From positions 372,001 to 436,000 of the forward strand of contig JASTWF010000344.1 in NCBI GenBank assembly GCA_030390025.1: DNA of 64,000 nucleotides. The letters are read 5' to 3'. Below the pieces are notes generated by a model. It did no database searches. It was not told the origin of the DNA and saw nothing but the letters and a program-made list of their open reading frames with translations. A program made the position numbers and the translations under genes. This document shows, piece after piece, positions 37,441 through 48,890 of the stretch. Source of the DNA: Squalus acanthias (Eukaryota). Positions within the stretch are counted from its first letter, which is position 1. Every line of letters begins with the position of its first letter.

Positions 37441-37566
37441 CCTGGCCGCCCGGGTAATGCTCAGGTCCTTCATCACCTCCTCGAAGGCCGCCGTCTCCTC
37501 CGCCTGTTTCTGGGTATGGAGCGCGATCTTCTCGCTGAATTTCCGTGGGTTGTTCGACGCCGCCAT
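37441..37566 (-). CDS. CRTC1: CRTC1 coding exon 1 ([46 protein letters not shown]-binding domain)
   Basis: [11 protein letters not shown]...[10 protein letters not shown] is the TORC_N signature; AAAATGG start context; GTGAGT donor at 37440; CpG-rich surroundings. Confidence 0.97.
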
Positions 37567-37625
37567 TTTCCTGAATCGCCTCCTTCACCCTACGTCACTA
37601 CGCATGCAACGTCACCACGCACGGT
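37558..37625 (-). promoter_or_regulatory. Candidate CRTC1 proximal promoter/5'UTR: two TGACGT CRE-like sites and a YY1-type AAAATGGCG motif over the ATG
   Basis: TACGTCA 37591-37597, AACGTCA 37608-37614, CGCCATTTT 37561-37569, within a CpG-dense region of about 37200-37650. TSS not known. Confidence 0.55.
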
Positions 37626-37649
37626 TAGAACAGCTGGAGAGGCTTCGCG

Positions 37650-39670
37650 TTCCTCAAACCCAAACCCCCATTCCCCCCAAAAAACAAACCCCCAAAAAAC
37701 ACATTCCCCAAACTTACCCCAACCCACCCAAAAATAAATTCCCCAAAAAACATTCCCCCCCCATAAAACCCATTCCCCAAACCCCCCACCCCCCAAAAAA
37801 ATTCCCCAACCCCCCAAAAAACCATTTCCAAAACCACCCCCCATTCCCCAAACCCCTCATAAAACCACCCGACCCCAACCCTCCCATTCCTCAAAACCAC
37901 TCCAACACACCCCATTCCCCAAACTCCCCAAACCACCACCCCCCCCACCCCACCCCATTCCCCAAAACCACTCCCACCCCCATTCCCCAACCACCCCAAC
38001 TCTCCGCCCACACCCCCCAAACCCCCCCAACCCCCAAACCACCCCAACCCAAATTCCCCAAAATTTCACGTCGATATTTACCAGGGAGATAGAACAGGTG
38101 GACATGACATTGGATGATGAGATTAGTAATGAGATTAAAATAAAAAAGGGATATATTAAATAAACTAATCAAACTCAAAGAGAATAAAACCCCTGGTCCA
38201 GATGGATTGCATCCACGCATTTTAAAAGAATCTAGGGAAGAGACAGCAGAGGCATTACATTCATTAGAAAAAGGTGTAGTGCTAGAGGACTGGCGGATAG
38301 CTAACGTAATACCTATATTTAAGAAAGGGGATAGAACATGTCCAGGGAATTATAGACCAGTCAGCTTAACATCGGTGGTAGGAAAAATAATGGAATCCCT
38401 ACTAAAGGAGAGAATAGAAGAACATCTAGAAACGAAAAGTATAATAATGAATAGTCAGCATGGATTTCAAAAGGAAAAATCTTGCTTGAACAACCTTATT
38501 CAATTTTTTGAAGAGGTAACAGAGAAAGTAGGCAATGGCAATGCAGTAGATGTAATTTATCTAGATTTTCAAAAGGCCTTCGATAAGTTACCCCATAATA
38601 GACTAATGAATAAGGTCAGAGAATGCGGAGTCAGGGGACAAGTAGCAGAATGGATTGCTAGCTGGCTTCAAGACAGAAAGCAGAGAGTGGGAGTAAAGGG
38701 TAACTATTCACAGTGGCAGAAGGTGGGTAGTGCTGTTCCAGAAGGATCAGTGCTGGGACCACTGCTGTTCACAATTTACATTAACGATTTAGACTTAGGA
38801 ATCAAAAACACAATTTCTAAATTTGTGGATGACACCAAATTGGGGGGATAGTCACTACTGAGGAGGACTGCAACAAATTACAGGAAGACTTTAATAAACT
38901 TGCAGAATGGGCAAATAATTGGCAAATGAAATTCAACACAGATAAATGTGAGGTATTACATTTTGGTAGGAAGAATAGGGAGGTCACTTATCACTTGGAG
39001 GGTGCGAGTCTAGGTGGGGTAGAGGAACAAAGGGATCTAGGAGTACAAATACACAAATCACTAAAAGTTGCGACACAGGTTAGCAAGGCCATAAAAAAAG
39101 CAAACCAAGCACTAGGATTTATTTCCAGAGGGATAGAATTGAAAAGTAGGGAAGTTATGCTAAACCTGTATCGAACCTTGGTTAGACCACACTTAGAATA
39201 CTGCGTGCAGTTCTGGTTGCCATATTATAAAAAGGATATAGAGACACCGGAAAGGGTGCAGAAAAGATTTACAAGGATGATACCAGAAATGCGAGGGTAT
39301 ACATATCAGGATACACCAACCCTCCACTCAACCCCACCCCCATTCCAAACCCCCCTCCTCCCCACACCCACCCATTCCCCCACCTCCAAACCCCCCCACA
39401 CTGCATCCCATTCCCCCCAAACCCACCCCTTCCCCGCACTCCACCCCAACCCACCCCCGCACACCCTACATTCCAACCCCCCTCCCCAAACCCCCATTCC
39501 CCCCAAACCAACCCCACACACCATCCCATTCCCCACCACTCTCCCCATCCACACATCCATCCCATCCCCCCAAACCCATTTCCCACCACTCACCCCCCTC
39601 CTATCTCCCTTCTACACCCCTCCCCCACTCCTCCTTTCCCCCATCTCTCTCCTACACACTCACCCCCAGT
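37650..39670. repeat. C/A-rich low-complexity tract upstream of CRTC1 (37650-38062 and 39311-39670), split by a CR1
   Basis: CCCCATTCCCCAAA-type motifs on both sides of the CR1. Confidence 0.85.
38065..39310 (+). mobile_element. CR1 ORF2 internal fragment
   Basis: ORFs 38207-38851 (YRPVSLTS...FVDD) and 38926 onward. Confidence 0.9.
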
Positions 39671-39744
39671 CAGAACCTCTCTCCGGTGTTGATTTGAGAA
39701 ATGGAGATGACTTGCACAGGAGATAGGTCTTCACAGCCAAGAAA

Positions 39745-40580
39745 TTATTTTGAAGTGTGGTCACTGTTGTACTGCAGGAAATCAGTCAGCCAATATACGC
39801 ACAGCAAGGTCCCACAAACTGCAATGTGATAGCGACCAGATAATGTTTTAGTGATGTTGATCGAGAGATAAATATTGATCCCAGGACACCGGGAGAACTC
39901 CCCGGCTCTTCTTTGAATATTGTTATGCGATCTTTTACATCCACCCGAGAGGGCAGACGGGGCCTCGGTTTAACGACTCATCCGAAAGACGGCACCTCCG
40001 ACAGTGCAGCACTCCCTCAGTACTGCCCACCGACAGTGCGGCGCTCCCTCCGTACTGCCCCTCCGACAGTGCGGCGCTCCCTCAGTACTGCCCAACAGTG
40101 CGGCGCTCCCTCCGTACTGCCCCTCCGACAGTGCGGCGCTCCCTCAGTACTGCCCCTCCGACAGTGCAGCGCTCCCTCAGTACTGCCCCTCCGACAGTGC
40201 GGCGCTCCCTCAGTACTGCCCCTCCGACAGTGCGGCGCTCCCTCAGTACTGCCCCTCCGACAGTGCGGCGCTCCCTCAGTACTGCCCCTCCGACAGTGCG
40301 GCGCTCCCTCAGTACTGCCCCTCCGACAGTGCGGCGCTCCCTCAGTACTGCCCCTCCGACAGTGCGGCGCTCCCTCAGTACTGCCCCTCCGACAGTGCGG
40401 CGCTCCCTCAGTACTGCCCCTCCGACAGTGCAGTGCTCCCTCCGTACTGCCCCTCCGACAGTGCGGCACTCCCTCCGTACTGCCCCTCCGACAGTGCAGC
40501 GCTCCCTCAGTACTGCACTGGTGTGTCAGCCTGGATTATCCGCTCAAATCTCTGGAGTGGGACGATCTTCTGACTCAAGA
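39745..40580 (-). mobile_element. DeuSINE-like (SacSINE1/AmnSINE1-type) SINE containing an internal minisatellite
   Basis: Reverse complement reads GGGAGTGCTGCACTGTCGGAGGTGCCGTCTTTCGGATGAGTCGTTAAACCGAGGCCCCGTCTGC, recalled as the Deu core domain; not searched. Confidence 0.65.
39997..40516. repeat. 33-bp minisatellite CAGTGCGGCGCTCCCTCAGTACTGCCCCTCCGA, about 15-16 copies
   Basis: 11-aa periodicity (QCGAPSVLPLR) in the ORF track. Confidence 0.95.
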
Positions 40581-41395
40581 GACAAGAGTGACACCAAGAG
40601 AAACATCACCCAATGGAGGTTTAGACAGAAGATATAAAACACAATGCTCTCCCCTGTTCCACCAAACTTCAAAACTGAAATTTCATCCCAGCTCTGATTA
40701 ACAGGCACGGAATCAAACACTCAGCCACTGGGGCTCTGGCCCATTAATCTGTTTTATGAAAAGGAATAAGTAAAAGGAAAATGGGGGAGAAATTTGTGTG
40801 GTTTGCGCTAAAACACCGTTGAGAGCTTGAACACCAACTGATGCCGGTTCCAGCGCCGCACCTCATATCAGTGTTGCCGGTAGTGCCACACGATCGTCGG
40901 GGAGCTCGCCATCACAGAGATCATGACGTCAATGAGTGTGCAATGCTCACTTGGCGCCCGATCTCCCAACTTCGTTACAGCCAATGAACTTACCGGCTGG
41001 AGAAAACGACGACAGGTTGGGCTGGCGTGCAGCAGCAGGAAGCCGGCTCCAGCGGCGCTATTTAAAGGGATCACCAGCAATCACTCGGAGCTGCCAGGGT
41101 TTTGAAGTTTGAGTGGCTGTGTGCTACTTCCTGCAACTGCAAGAGTCTTCTTTATTCATTCGAAGGTTCTTTATCAGGGCGTGTTGTGGCAAATACAAAA
41201 CTCCATAATTATTTCTGAAAAGCTTTAACCTGCAATTGCTTAACGTCATGGGGGCTGTACTGGCAGTGGACCTCACCCTCCAGGAATCTACAGCGGAGGC
41301 AGCGAGACAATCGACCTTCCGGACGGGCTGTCCGTGACCGGATCATCAGACTCCGATTCGCATGAATGAAACCCCAGATCCCCATAGCTCACCAC

Positions 41396-41700
41396 ATAAG
41401 AACATAAGAAACAGGAGCAGGAGTCGGCCAATCGACCCCTCGAGCCTGCTCCGCCATTCAATAAGATCATGGCTGATCGAATCTTGGACTCAACACCACT
41501 TTCCCGCTCTCTCCCCATACTCCTCGAGTCACTTGTAGTTCAAATGTCTGTCAATCTCCGCTTTGAATATATTCAATGACTCCGCCTCCACAGCTCTCTG
41601 GGGTAGAGAATTCCAAAGATGCACGACCCTCAGAGAAGAAATTCCTCCTCATCTCCGTCTTAAATGGGCGACCCCTTATTGTGAAACTATGCCCCCTAGA
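41396..41700 (-). mobile_element. CR1 3' end fragment
   Basis: CATAAGAA-repeat tail and similarity to 5651-5930. Confidence 0.85.
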
Positions 41701-42026
41701 CATCCCCATCATACAATCCCTGTCTCACGCCATATCACAGCACCCTCCTGGGCGCAAAGGTGAAATGAGAGAGACCACAAAATATTCCAAACACAATTAA
41801 TAAATTTATCTATAATCATACATAACACATGAATTCTAATAACTAATGACCCTTGTGCTGCCACAGTCGAATAGCTGTCATTGTGTGCAAGGTGTGAGAT
41901 GTGGCTGTGAGTGTTGCTAGGTAGAGATTGTTGGTGGGTGAGTGCTTGGGGTGTGGTGCATTGAACAGTGTGTGAAGCTTGTGGTACAGATGGTGGTATG
42001 TAGCATTTGTTGAAGCCTTCACTCAC

Positions 42027-42269
42027 CCTGACCACCCGTGAGAGCTCGTTAAACTTCCTCCTGCACTGTGTGGGGGTCCTGGGGACCACAGTGCTGCCAG
42101 TGACATGCTGCACCACCTCCCTCCACATAGTCCGGCAGACTTGTGGCGAGGGCCTCCTGCCAGTTGGCGGGTACAGGACCGCCCGCCTTCTCTCCACTGC
42201 TAAAACCAATGCCTCCAAAGCTTTATCAGAAAACCTCCGGGCTCTCTCCCTGGGGCGGCAATCTGCCAT
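42027..42269 (-). CDS. Exon encoding an 81-aa Myb/SANT-like DNA-binding domain (Harbinger accessory / NAIF1-like); probably a transposon pseudogene exon
   Basis: RARRFSDKALEALV..VERRRAVLY...WREV...V...RTPTQCRRKFNEL pattern; ATG start; AGG|GTGAGT donor at 42026. Confidence 0.75.
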
Positions 42270-42489
42270 CAGGATTTCTAAATAAGTGCTCCTTCTCCTT
42301 CCTTATGGTTGTTGAGGCAGCTGCACACCCAACAATGCTAACAATGAGGTGCTGCAGCATCAATGAACCTCCCCTTTAAGTTGTGAAAAAAACCTGTGGC
42401 AATCATTACTTGCGTTTAGACTGCCCCCGATATTGGTCCATCTTTTCAGTGTTTTTAGACGCGAATCATGACTGCAATCATTTTAGTGG

Positions 42490-42750
42490 TGGGGGGACCG
42501 GTGGCAGTGGTGACCGGTGTCGATGTCCCAGTGTCGTTGACAGGGGGGGGACCGGTGTCGGTGGCCCAGTGTCAGTGGCGGGGGGGACCGGTGTCGGTGG
42601 CCCAGTGTCGGTGGCGGGAGGGGACCGGTGGCTCAGTGTCGGTGGCAGTGGTGACCGGTGTCGGTGTCCCAGTGTCGTTGACAGGGGGGGACCGGTGTCA
42701 GTGGCCCAGTGTCGGTGGCGGGACCGGTGGCTCAGTGTCGGGGGGACGGG
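42490..42750. repeat. GC-rich degenerate tandem repeat (GGGGACCGGTGTCGGTGGCCCAGTGTC)
   Basis: Direct inspection. Confidence 0.8.
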
Positions 42751-43191
42751 CAGCAGGAGTAACGTTACATTTTATACAGAGAGTCTCTGTAACCAATGGC
42801 AGAGCATTGAGCAACATTCAGTTTCCAGAAATTACCTTGATAAATATTATTTTACTGTTTCACATTCGATGCATTTTCAAATTAATTCCACAAAAGTTTG
42901 AGAGTCAGCGCCTGATTTCTCAAGTCCACTGTGAGCTCATAGGCAATGTTTCATATCTGCTCCTATTGCACATTTGGATTAGTCTTTGGAAACTGGTCTC
43001 CGTTGGAGGTGAATTCCTTGTGGATCTTGGAAAGTTTTCAGATTTCCAAAGGATTCCAATTGTCAGCAGTTCGCTGGTCTGTACAATTTCTGTTTCCAGC
43101 AAAATGAATCTAAGAGATTTACAGCAAAACCTGATGATTGTTCAGTGATTTCAATACCAGCTGCCAACACGTAGGACAACACAGGCTGATG

Positions 43192-43550
43192 CGCGTTACC
43201 CGCAGGACAGCGCGGCCTGGCTCGCGTTACCCGCAGGACAGCACGACCTGGCTCGCGTTACCCGCAGGACAGCGCGGCCGTGGCTCGCGTTACACGCAGG
43301 ACAGCGCGGCCATGGCTCGTGTTACACGCAGGACAGCGCGGCCTGGCTCGCGTTACACGCAGGACAGCGCGGCCTGGCTCGCGTTACACGCAGGACAGCG
43401 CGGCCTGGCTCGCGTTACACGCAGGACAGCGCGGCCTAGAGTGGATTGCACGCAGGACAGTGCGGCCTGGAGCGGGTTACACACAGGACAGCACGGGTTG
43501 GAGCGGGTTACACACAGGACAGCAGGGCCTGGCTCGCATTACACGCAGGG
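43192..43550. repeat. 31-bp CpG-rich minisatellite GCGTTACACGCAGGACAGCGCGGCCTGGCTC
   Basis: About 11 copies, decaying toward the right end. Confidence 0.92.
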
Positions 43551-43705
43551 CAAACATTCTGATTTGCTTCGCTTTTCATTCTTTGTTTGTAGTCGGGGCT
43601 AGCCAGGTCTGATGTGATTTGAGAAGCAGCAAAATGGGAATTTATGACGGTGATTGGGAGCACGGTGGTATGGCTGAGCTTAAATATTGGTGAAATAAAA
43701 CACGT

Positions 43706-43816
43706 CAGTGAAGGGTCACTCGTACAGCGGGCAGTGAAGGGTCAGACCGGTACAGCGGGCAGTGAAGGGTCACTCGTACAGCAGGCAGTGAAGTGTCAGA
43801 CTGGTACAGTGGGCAG
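43706..43816. repeat. Short tandem repeat of about 27 bp (CAGTGAAGGGTCA...GTACAGCGGG), 4 copies
   Basis: Direct inspection. Confidence 0.8.
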
Positions 43817-45746
43817 TCCTCTTTCCCCACCCTGCAACCAATCAAGGGTCCCGATTGGCTGCAGTTGCCAAGCAGTGTGGGCTCCTGGGTACATAAGAAT
43901 TTGGAGCAGTCGGCCATATGGCCCCTCGAGCCTGCTGCACCATTCAATAAGATCATGGCTGATCTTCAACCTCAACACCACTTTCCTGCCCTATCCTCTT
44001 ATCCCTTGATTCCAAAAATCTATCTATCTCAACCTTGAATATCCTCAATGGCTGAGCATCCTCAGCCCTTTGGGGCAGAGAATTCCAAAGATTCACAACC
44101 CTCTGAGTGAAGAAGTTCCTCCTCGTCTCAGTCTTAAAAGGCCGACCCCTTATCCTGAGACTATGCCCCCTAGTTCTGAACTCTCCAGCCATGGGAAACA
44201 ATCTCTCAGTGATTATCCTGTCAATCCCCCTCAGAATCTTATATGTTTCAATGAGATCACCTCTCATTCTTCTAAATTCCAAAGAGTATAGGCCTAATCT
44301 ACTCAACCTCTCATCCCAGGGATTAGTCTGGTGAACCTTCATTGAACAGCCTCTAAGGCAAGTATATCCTTCCTTAGATAAGGAGACCAAAACTTTACAC
44401 AGTACTCCAGGTGTGGTCTCACCAAAGCCCTGTACAATTGTAGAAAGACTTTCTTACTCTTGTGCTCTAACCCCCTAGTAATAAAGGCCAATATACCATT
44501 TGCCTTCCTAATCGATTGCTGTACTTGCATGCTAACTCTGTGTTTCCTGTATGAGGACACCTAAATCTCTCTAAACACCAACATTTAATAATTTCTCACC
44601 ATTTAAAAAAATATTGTTTTTCTATTCTTCCTACCAAAGTGAATAACCTTACATTTTCCCACATTATACTCCATCTGCCACCTTATTGCCCACTCATTTA
44701 ATCTGTCTATATCCCTTTGCAGGCTGTGTGTGTTCTCCTCAGTTTACTTTCCCACCTATCTTTGTATCATCAGCAAACTTGGATACATTACACTCTGTCC
44801 CTTCATCTAAGTCATTACTATAGATTGTAAATAGCTGAGGCCCAAACACTTATCCTTGCGGCACCCCACTAGTTAGCGCCTGCCAATCTGAAAATGACCC
44901 GTTTATCCCAACTCTCTTTCTGTCCATTAACCAATCCTCTATCCATGCTGATACATTATCTCCAATCCCATGAGCCCGTATCTTGTGTAACAACCTTTTA
45001 TGTGGCACCTTATTGAATGCCTTTTGGAAATCCAAATATACTACATCCACTGGTTCCCCTTTATCTACCCTGCTAGTTACATCCTCAAAAAGCTCTAATA
45101 AATTTCTCAAACATGATTTCCCTTTCATAAAACCATGCTGACTCTGCCTAATCATATTATGATTTTCTAAGTGCCCTGTTACCACTTCCTTAATAATGGA
45201 TTCCAGCATTTTCCCGATGACTGATGTCAGGCTAACTGGCCCTATTCCCTGTATTCTCTCTCCCTTATTTCTTGAATAGTGGGGTTACATTAGCTACCTT
45301 CCAATCCATTGGGACCTTTCCAGAATCTAGGGAATATTGGAAGATCACAACCAATGCATCCACTATCTCTGCAGCCACCTCTTTTAGAACCCTAGGATGT
45401 AGTCCATCAGGTCCAGGGGATTTATTGGCTTTCAGTCCTATTAGTTTTCCAAGTACTTTTTCTCTACTGACATTAATTATTTTAAGTTCCTCACTCTCAT
45501 TAGCCCCTTGGTTCCCCACTATTTTTGGTATACATTTTGTGTCTTCTACTGTGAAGACAGATACAAAATATTTATTTAAGGTCACTGCCATTTACTTGTT
45601 CCCCAATATAAGTTCTCCTGTCTCAGCCTCCAAGGGACCAACACTTGCTTTTCCTACTGTCTTCCTTTTTACATACTTGTAGAAGCTCTTGCAATCTGTT
45701 CTTATATTTTTTGCTAATTTACTCTCATATGCCATTTTCTCCCTTA

Positions 45747-48700
45747 TCATAGAAACATAGAAAATAGGTGCAGGAGTTGACCATTCGGTCCTTCGAGCCT
45801 GCACCGCCATTCAATGCATTCATGGCTGAACATGCTACCTCAGTACCCCATTCCCGCTTTCTCGCCATACCCCTTGATCCCCCTAGTTGTGAGTATTATA
45901 TCTAACTCCCTTTTGAATATATTTAGCGAACTGGCCTCAACAACCTTCTGTGGTAGAGAATTCCACAGATTCACCACTCTCTGGGTGAAGAAGTTCCTCC
46001 TCATCTCAGTCTTAAATGGCTTCCCCTTTATCCTTAGACTGTGACCCCTGGTTTTAGTTTTCCCTAACATTGGAAACATTCTGCCCGCATCTAATTTGTC
46101 TAAACCAGTCAGGATTTTAAACGTCTCTATAAGATCCCCCCTCATTCTTCTGAACTCCAGAGGATACAAGTTCAGTTGATCCAGTCTTTCTTGATATGTC
46201 AGTCTGGCCATCCCAGGAATCAATCTAGTGAACCTTCGTTGCACTCCCTCAATAGCAAGAATGTCCTTCCTCAAGTTAGGAGACCAAAACTGCACACAAT
46301 ACTCCAGGTGTGGCCTCACCAAGGCCCTGTACAACTGTAGCATCACCTCCCTACTCCTGTACTCAAATCTCCTTGCTATGAAGGCCATCATGCCATTTGC
46401 TTTCTTGACTGCCTGCTGCACTTGCCTTCCCACCTTCAGTGACTGATGTACCATGACGCCCAGGTCTCGTTGCACCTCCCCTTTCCCTAATCTGCTACCA
46501 TTCAGGTAATAGTCTGCCTCCCTATTTTTACCACCAAAGTGGATAACCTCGCATTTATCCACATTGTACTTCATCTGCCATACATTTGCCCATTCACCCA
46601 ACCTGTCCAAGTCACTCTGTAGCCTCCTAGCATCCTCCTCATTGTTCACACCGCCTCCCAATTTAGTGTCATCCGCAAATTTGGAGATATTACAATTAAT
46701 CCCTTCGTCCAAATCATTAATATATAATGTAAACAGCTGGGGCCCCAGCACCGAACCCTGCGGTACCCCGCTGGTCACTGCCTGCCATTCTGAAAAGTAC
46801 CCATTTACTCCTACTCTTTGTTTCCTGTGTGCCAACCAGTTCTCAATCCACGTCAACACATTACCCCCAATCCCATGTGCTTTAACTTTGCACACCAATC
46901 TCTTGTGTGGGACCTTGTCGAAGGCCTTCTGAAAGTCCAAATACACCACATCTACTGGTTCCCCCCCGTCCACCCTATTGGAAACATCCTCAGAAAATTC
47001 CAGAAGATTTGTCAAGCATGATTTCCCTTTCATAAATCCATGCTGACTTGGACCTATCATGTCACCACTTTCCAAATGGTCTGTTATGACATCTTTAATA
47101 ATTGATTCCATCATTTTACCCACCACCGATGTCAGGCTGACCGGTCTATAATTCCCTGCTTTCTCCCTCCCTCCTTTTTTAAAAAGAGGGGTTACATTAG
47201 CCACCCTCCACTCCTTCGGAACTGATCCAGAGTCTAAGGAATGTTGGAAAATGATCGTCAATGCATCCACTATTTCCAAGGCCACCTCCTTAAGTACTCT
47301 GGGATGCAGACCATCAGGCCCTGGGGATTTATCAGCCTTCAGTCCCATCAATTTCCCCAACACCTTTTCCCGACTGATAAGGATTTCCCTCAGCTCCTCC
47401 CTCTTACCAGATCCTTTGATCTCTTTTATTTCTGGAAGGTTGTTTGTGTCCTCCACAGTAAACACCGAACCAAAGTACTTGTTCAATTGATCTGCCATTT
47501 CTTTGTTCCCCATTATGACTTCCCCTGTTTCTGACTGCAGGGGACCTACGTTTGTTTTTACTAACCTCTTTCTTTTTACATATTTATAGAAGCTTTTGCA
47601 GTCCGTTTTAATGTTCTCCGCAAGCTTCCTTTCATATTTTATTTTCCCTGCCCTAATCAAACACTTCGTCCTCCTCTGCTGAGTTTTAAAGTTCTCCCAG
47701 TCCCCGGGTTTGCTACTACTTCTGGCCAATTTGTATGCCACTTCCTTGCTTTTAATACTATCCCTGATTTCCCTTGCTAGCCATGGTTGAGCCACCTTCC
47801 CTTTTTTATTTTTACGCCAGACAGGGATGTACAATTGCTGTAGTTCATCCATGCGATCTCTAAATGTCTGCCATTGCCCTTCTACTGATAACCCCTTAAA
47901 TATCGCTTGCCAATCTAACCTCGCCAATTCACGCCTCATACCCTCAAAGTTGCCCTTATTTAAGTTCTGGACCATGGTCTCTGAATTAACTGTTTCCTTC
48001 TCCATCCTAATGTAGAACTCCACCATACTATGGTCACTCTTCCCCAAGGGGCCTCGCACCACAAGATTGCTGATTAGTCCTTCCTCATTACACAACACCC
48101 AGTCCAGGATGGCCTCCCCTCTAGTTGGTTCCTCAACATATTGGTTTAGGAAACCATCCCTTAAACACTCTAGGAAATCCTCCTCCACCGTATTGCTTCC
48201 AGTTTGAGTAGCCCAATCTATATGCATATTAAAGTCACCCATGATAACTGCTGCGCCTTTTTTGCATGCACCTCTGATTTCCTGTTTCATACCCTCCCCC
48301 ACCTCACTACTACTGTTTGGAGGTCTGTACACAACCCCCACTAACGTTTTCTGCCCTTTGGTGTTCTGCAGCTCAACCCATATTGATTCCACATCCTCCA
48401 AGCTAATGTCCTTCCTAGCTATTGCATTAATCTCCTTTTTAACCAGCAATGCTACCCCACCCCCTTTTCCTTTTATTCTATCCTTCCTGAATGTTGAATA
48501 CCCCTGGATATTCAGTTCCCAGCCTTGATTGTTCTGGAGCCACGTCTCTGTAATCCCAATCACATCATATCCGTTAACATCAATTTGCACAGTCAATTCA
48601 TCCACCTTATTACGGATACTCCTTGCATTAAGACACAGAGCCTTTAGGCTTGTTTTATTAACACCCTTTGTCCTTTTAGACTTATGATTTAGTATGGCCC

Positions 48701-48890
48701 TTCGTGTTTCTTGCCTTTGTTTACTCGGATTTCCCTTATTGTTTCTCACCCTTCTAACATTTGTTTCTGACTGCATATTACTTCCCCCTGTTTCGCTACA
48801 TAGGTTCCCATTCCCCTGCCATATTAGTTTAAATCCTCCCGAACTGCCTTAGCAAATATTACCCCGAGGACATCGGTTCCAGTCATTCCA
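45747..48890 (-). mobile_element. Young CR1 LINE, 5'-truncated in the end of ORF1
   Basis: Uninterrupted ORF2; (TTTCTATG)n tail at about 45748-45762. Confidence 0.92.
45840..48776 (-). CDS. Intact CR1 ORF2, 978 aa: APE endonuclease + reverse transcriptase
   Basis: CLNARSI, ITETWL, YRPP, GDFN, LDWV, SDH (APE); YRPVSLTS, DFQKAFD, GVPQGSVLGP, FADD (RT); no stops. Confidence 0.95.
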   Translation of the reverse strand: MQSETNVRRVRNNKGNPSKQRQETRRAILNHKSKRTKGVNKTSLKALCLNARSIRNKVDELTVQIDVNGYDVIGITETWLQNNQGWELNIQGYSTFRKDRIKGKGGGVALLVKKEINAIARKDISLEDVESIWVELQNTKGQKTLVGVVYRPPNSSSEVGEGMKQEIRGACKKGAAVIMGDFNMHIDWATQTGSNTVEEDFLECLRDGFLNQYVEEPTRGEAILDWVLCNEEGLISNLVVRGPLGKSDHSMVEFYIRMEKETVNSETMVQNLNKGNFEGMRRELARLDWQAIFKGLSVEGQWQTFRDRMDELQQLYIPVWRKNKKGKVAQPWLAREIRDSIKSKEVAYKLARSSSKPGDWENFKTQQRRTKCLIRAGKIKYERKLAENIKTDCKSFYKYVKRKRLVKTNVGPLQSETGEVIMGNKEMADQLNKYFGSVFTVEDTNNLPEIKEIKGSGKREELREILISREKVLGKLMGLKADKSPGPDGLHPRVLKEVALEIVDALTIIFQHSLDSGSVPKEWRVANVTPLFKKGGREKAGNYRPVSLTSVVGKMMESIIKDVITDHLESGDMIGPSQHGFMKGKSCLTNLLEFSEDVSNRVDGGEPVDVVYLDFQKAFDKVPHKRLVCKVKAHGIGGNVLTWIENWLAHRKQRVGVNGYFSEWQAVTSGVPQGSVLGPQLFTLYINDLDEGINCNISKFADDTKLGGGVNNEEDARRLQSDLDRLGEWANVWQMKYNVDKCEVIHFGGKNREADYYLNGSRLGKGEVQRDLGVMVHQSLKVGRQVQQAVKKANGMMAFIARRFEYRSREVMLQLYRALVRPHLEYCVQFWSPNLRKDILAIEGVQRRFTRLIPGMARLTYQERLDQLNLYPLEFRRMRGDLIETFKILTGLDKLDAGRMFPMLGKTKTRGHSLRIKGKPFKTEMRRNFFTQRVVNLWNSLPQKVVEASSLNIFKRELDIILTTRGIKGYGEKAGMGY

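Larger units (their letters stand above)
40783..42440. mobile_element. Deleted PIF/Harbinger-like DNA transposon remnant
   Basis: Carries a Myb/SANT-like exon; possible left terminus GGGGAGAAATT at about 40783; no matching right TIR or transposase catalytic domain seen. Boundaries approximate. Confidence 0.5.

Noticed and set aside
35667..38220. Gly-rich and Pro-rich ORFs around CRTC1 exon 1
   Set aside because: Translations of G-run and C-run low-complexity DNA.
41248..41395. Possible start of a Harbinger transposase (ATGGGGGCTGTACTG...)
   Set aside because: Short, cut by a CR1, and without recognisable DDE motifs; cannot be supported.
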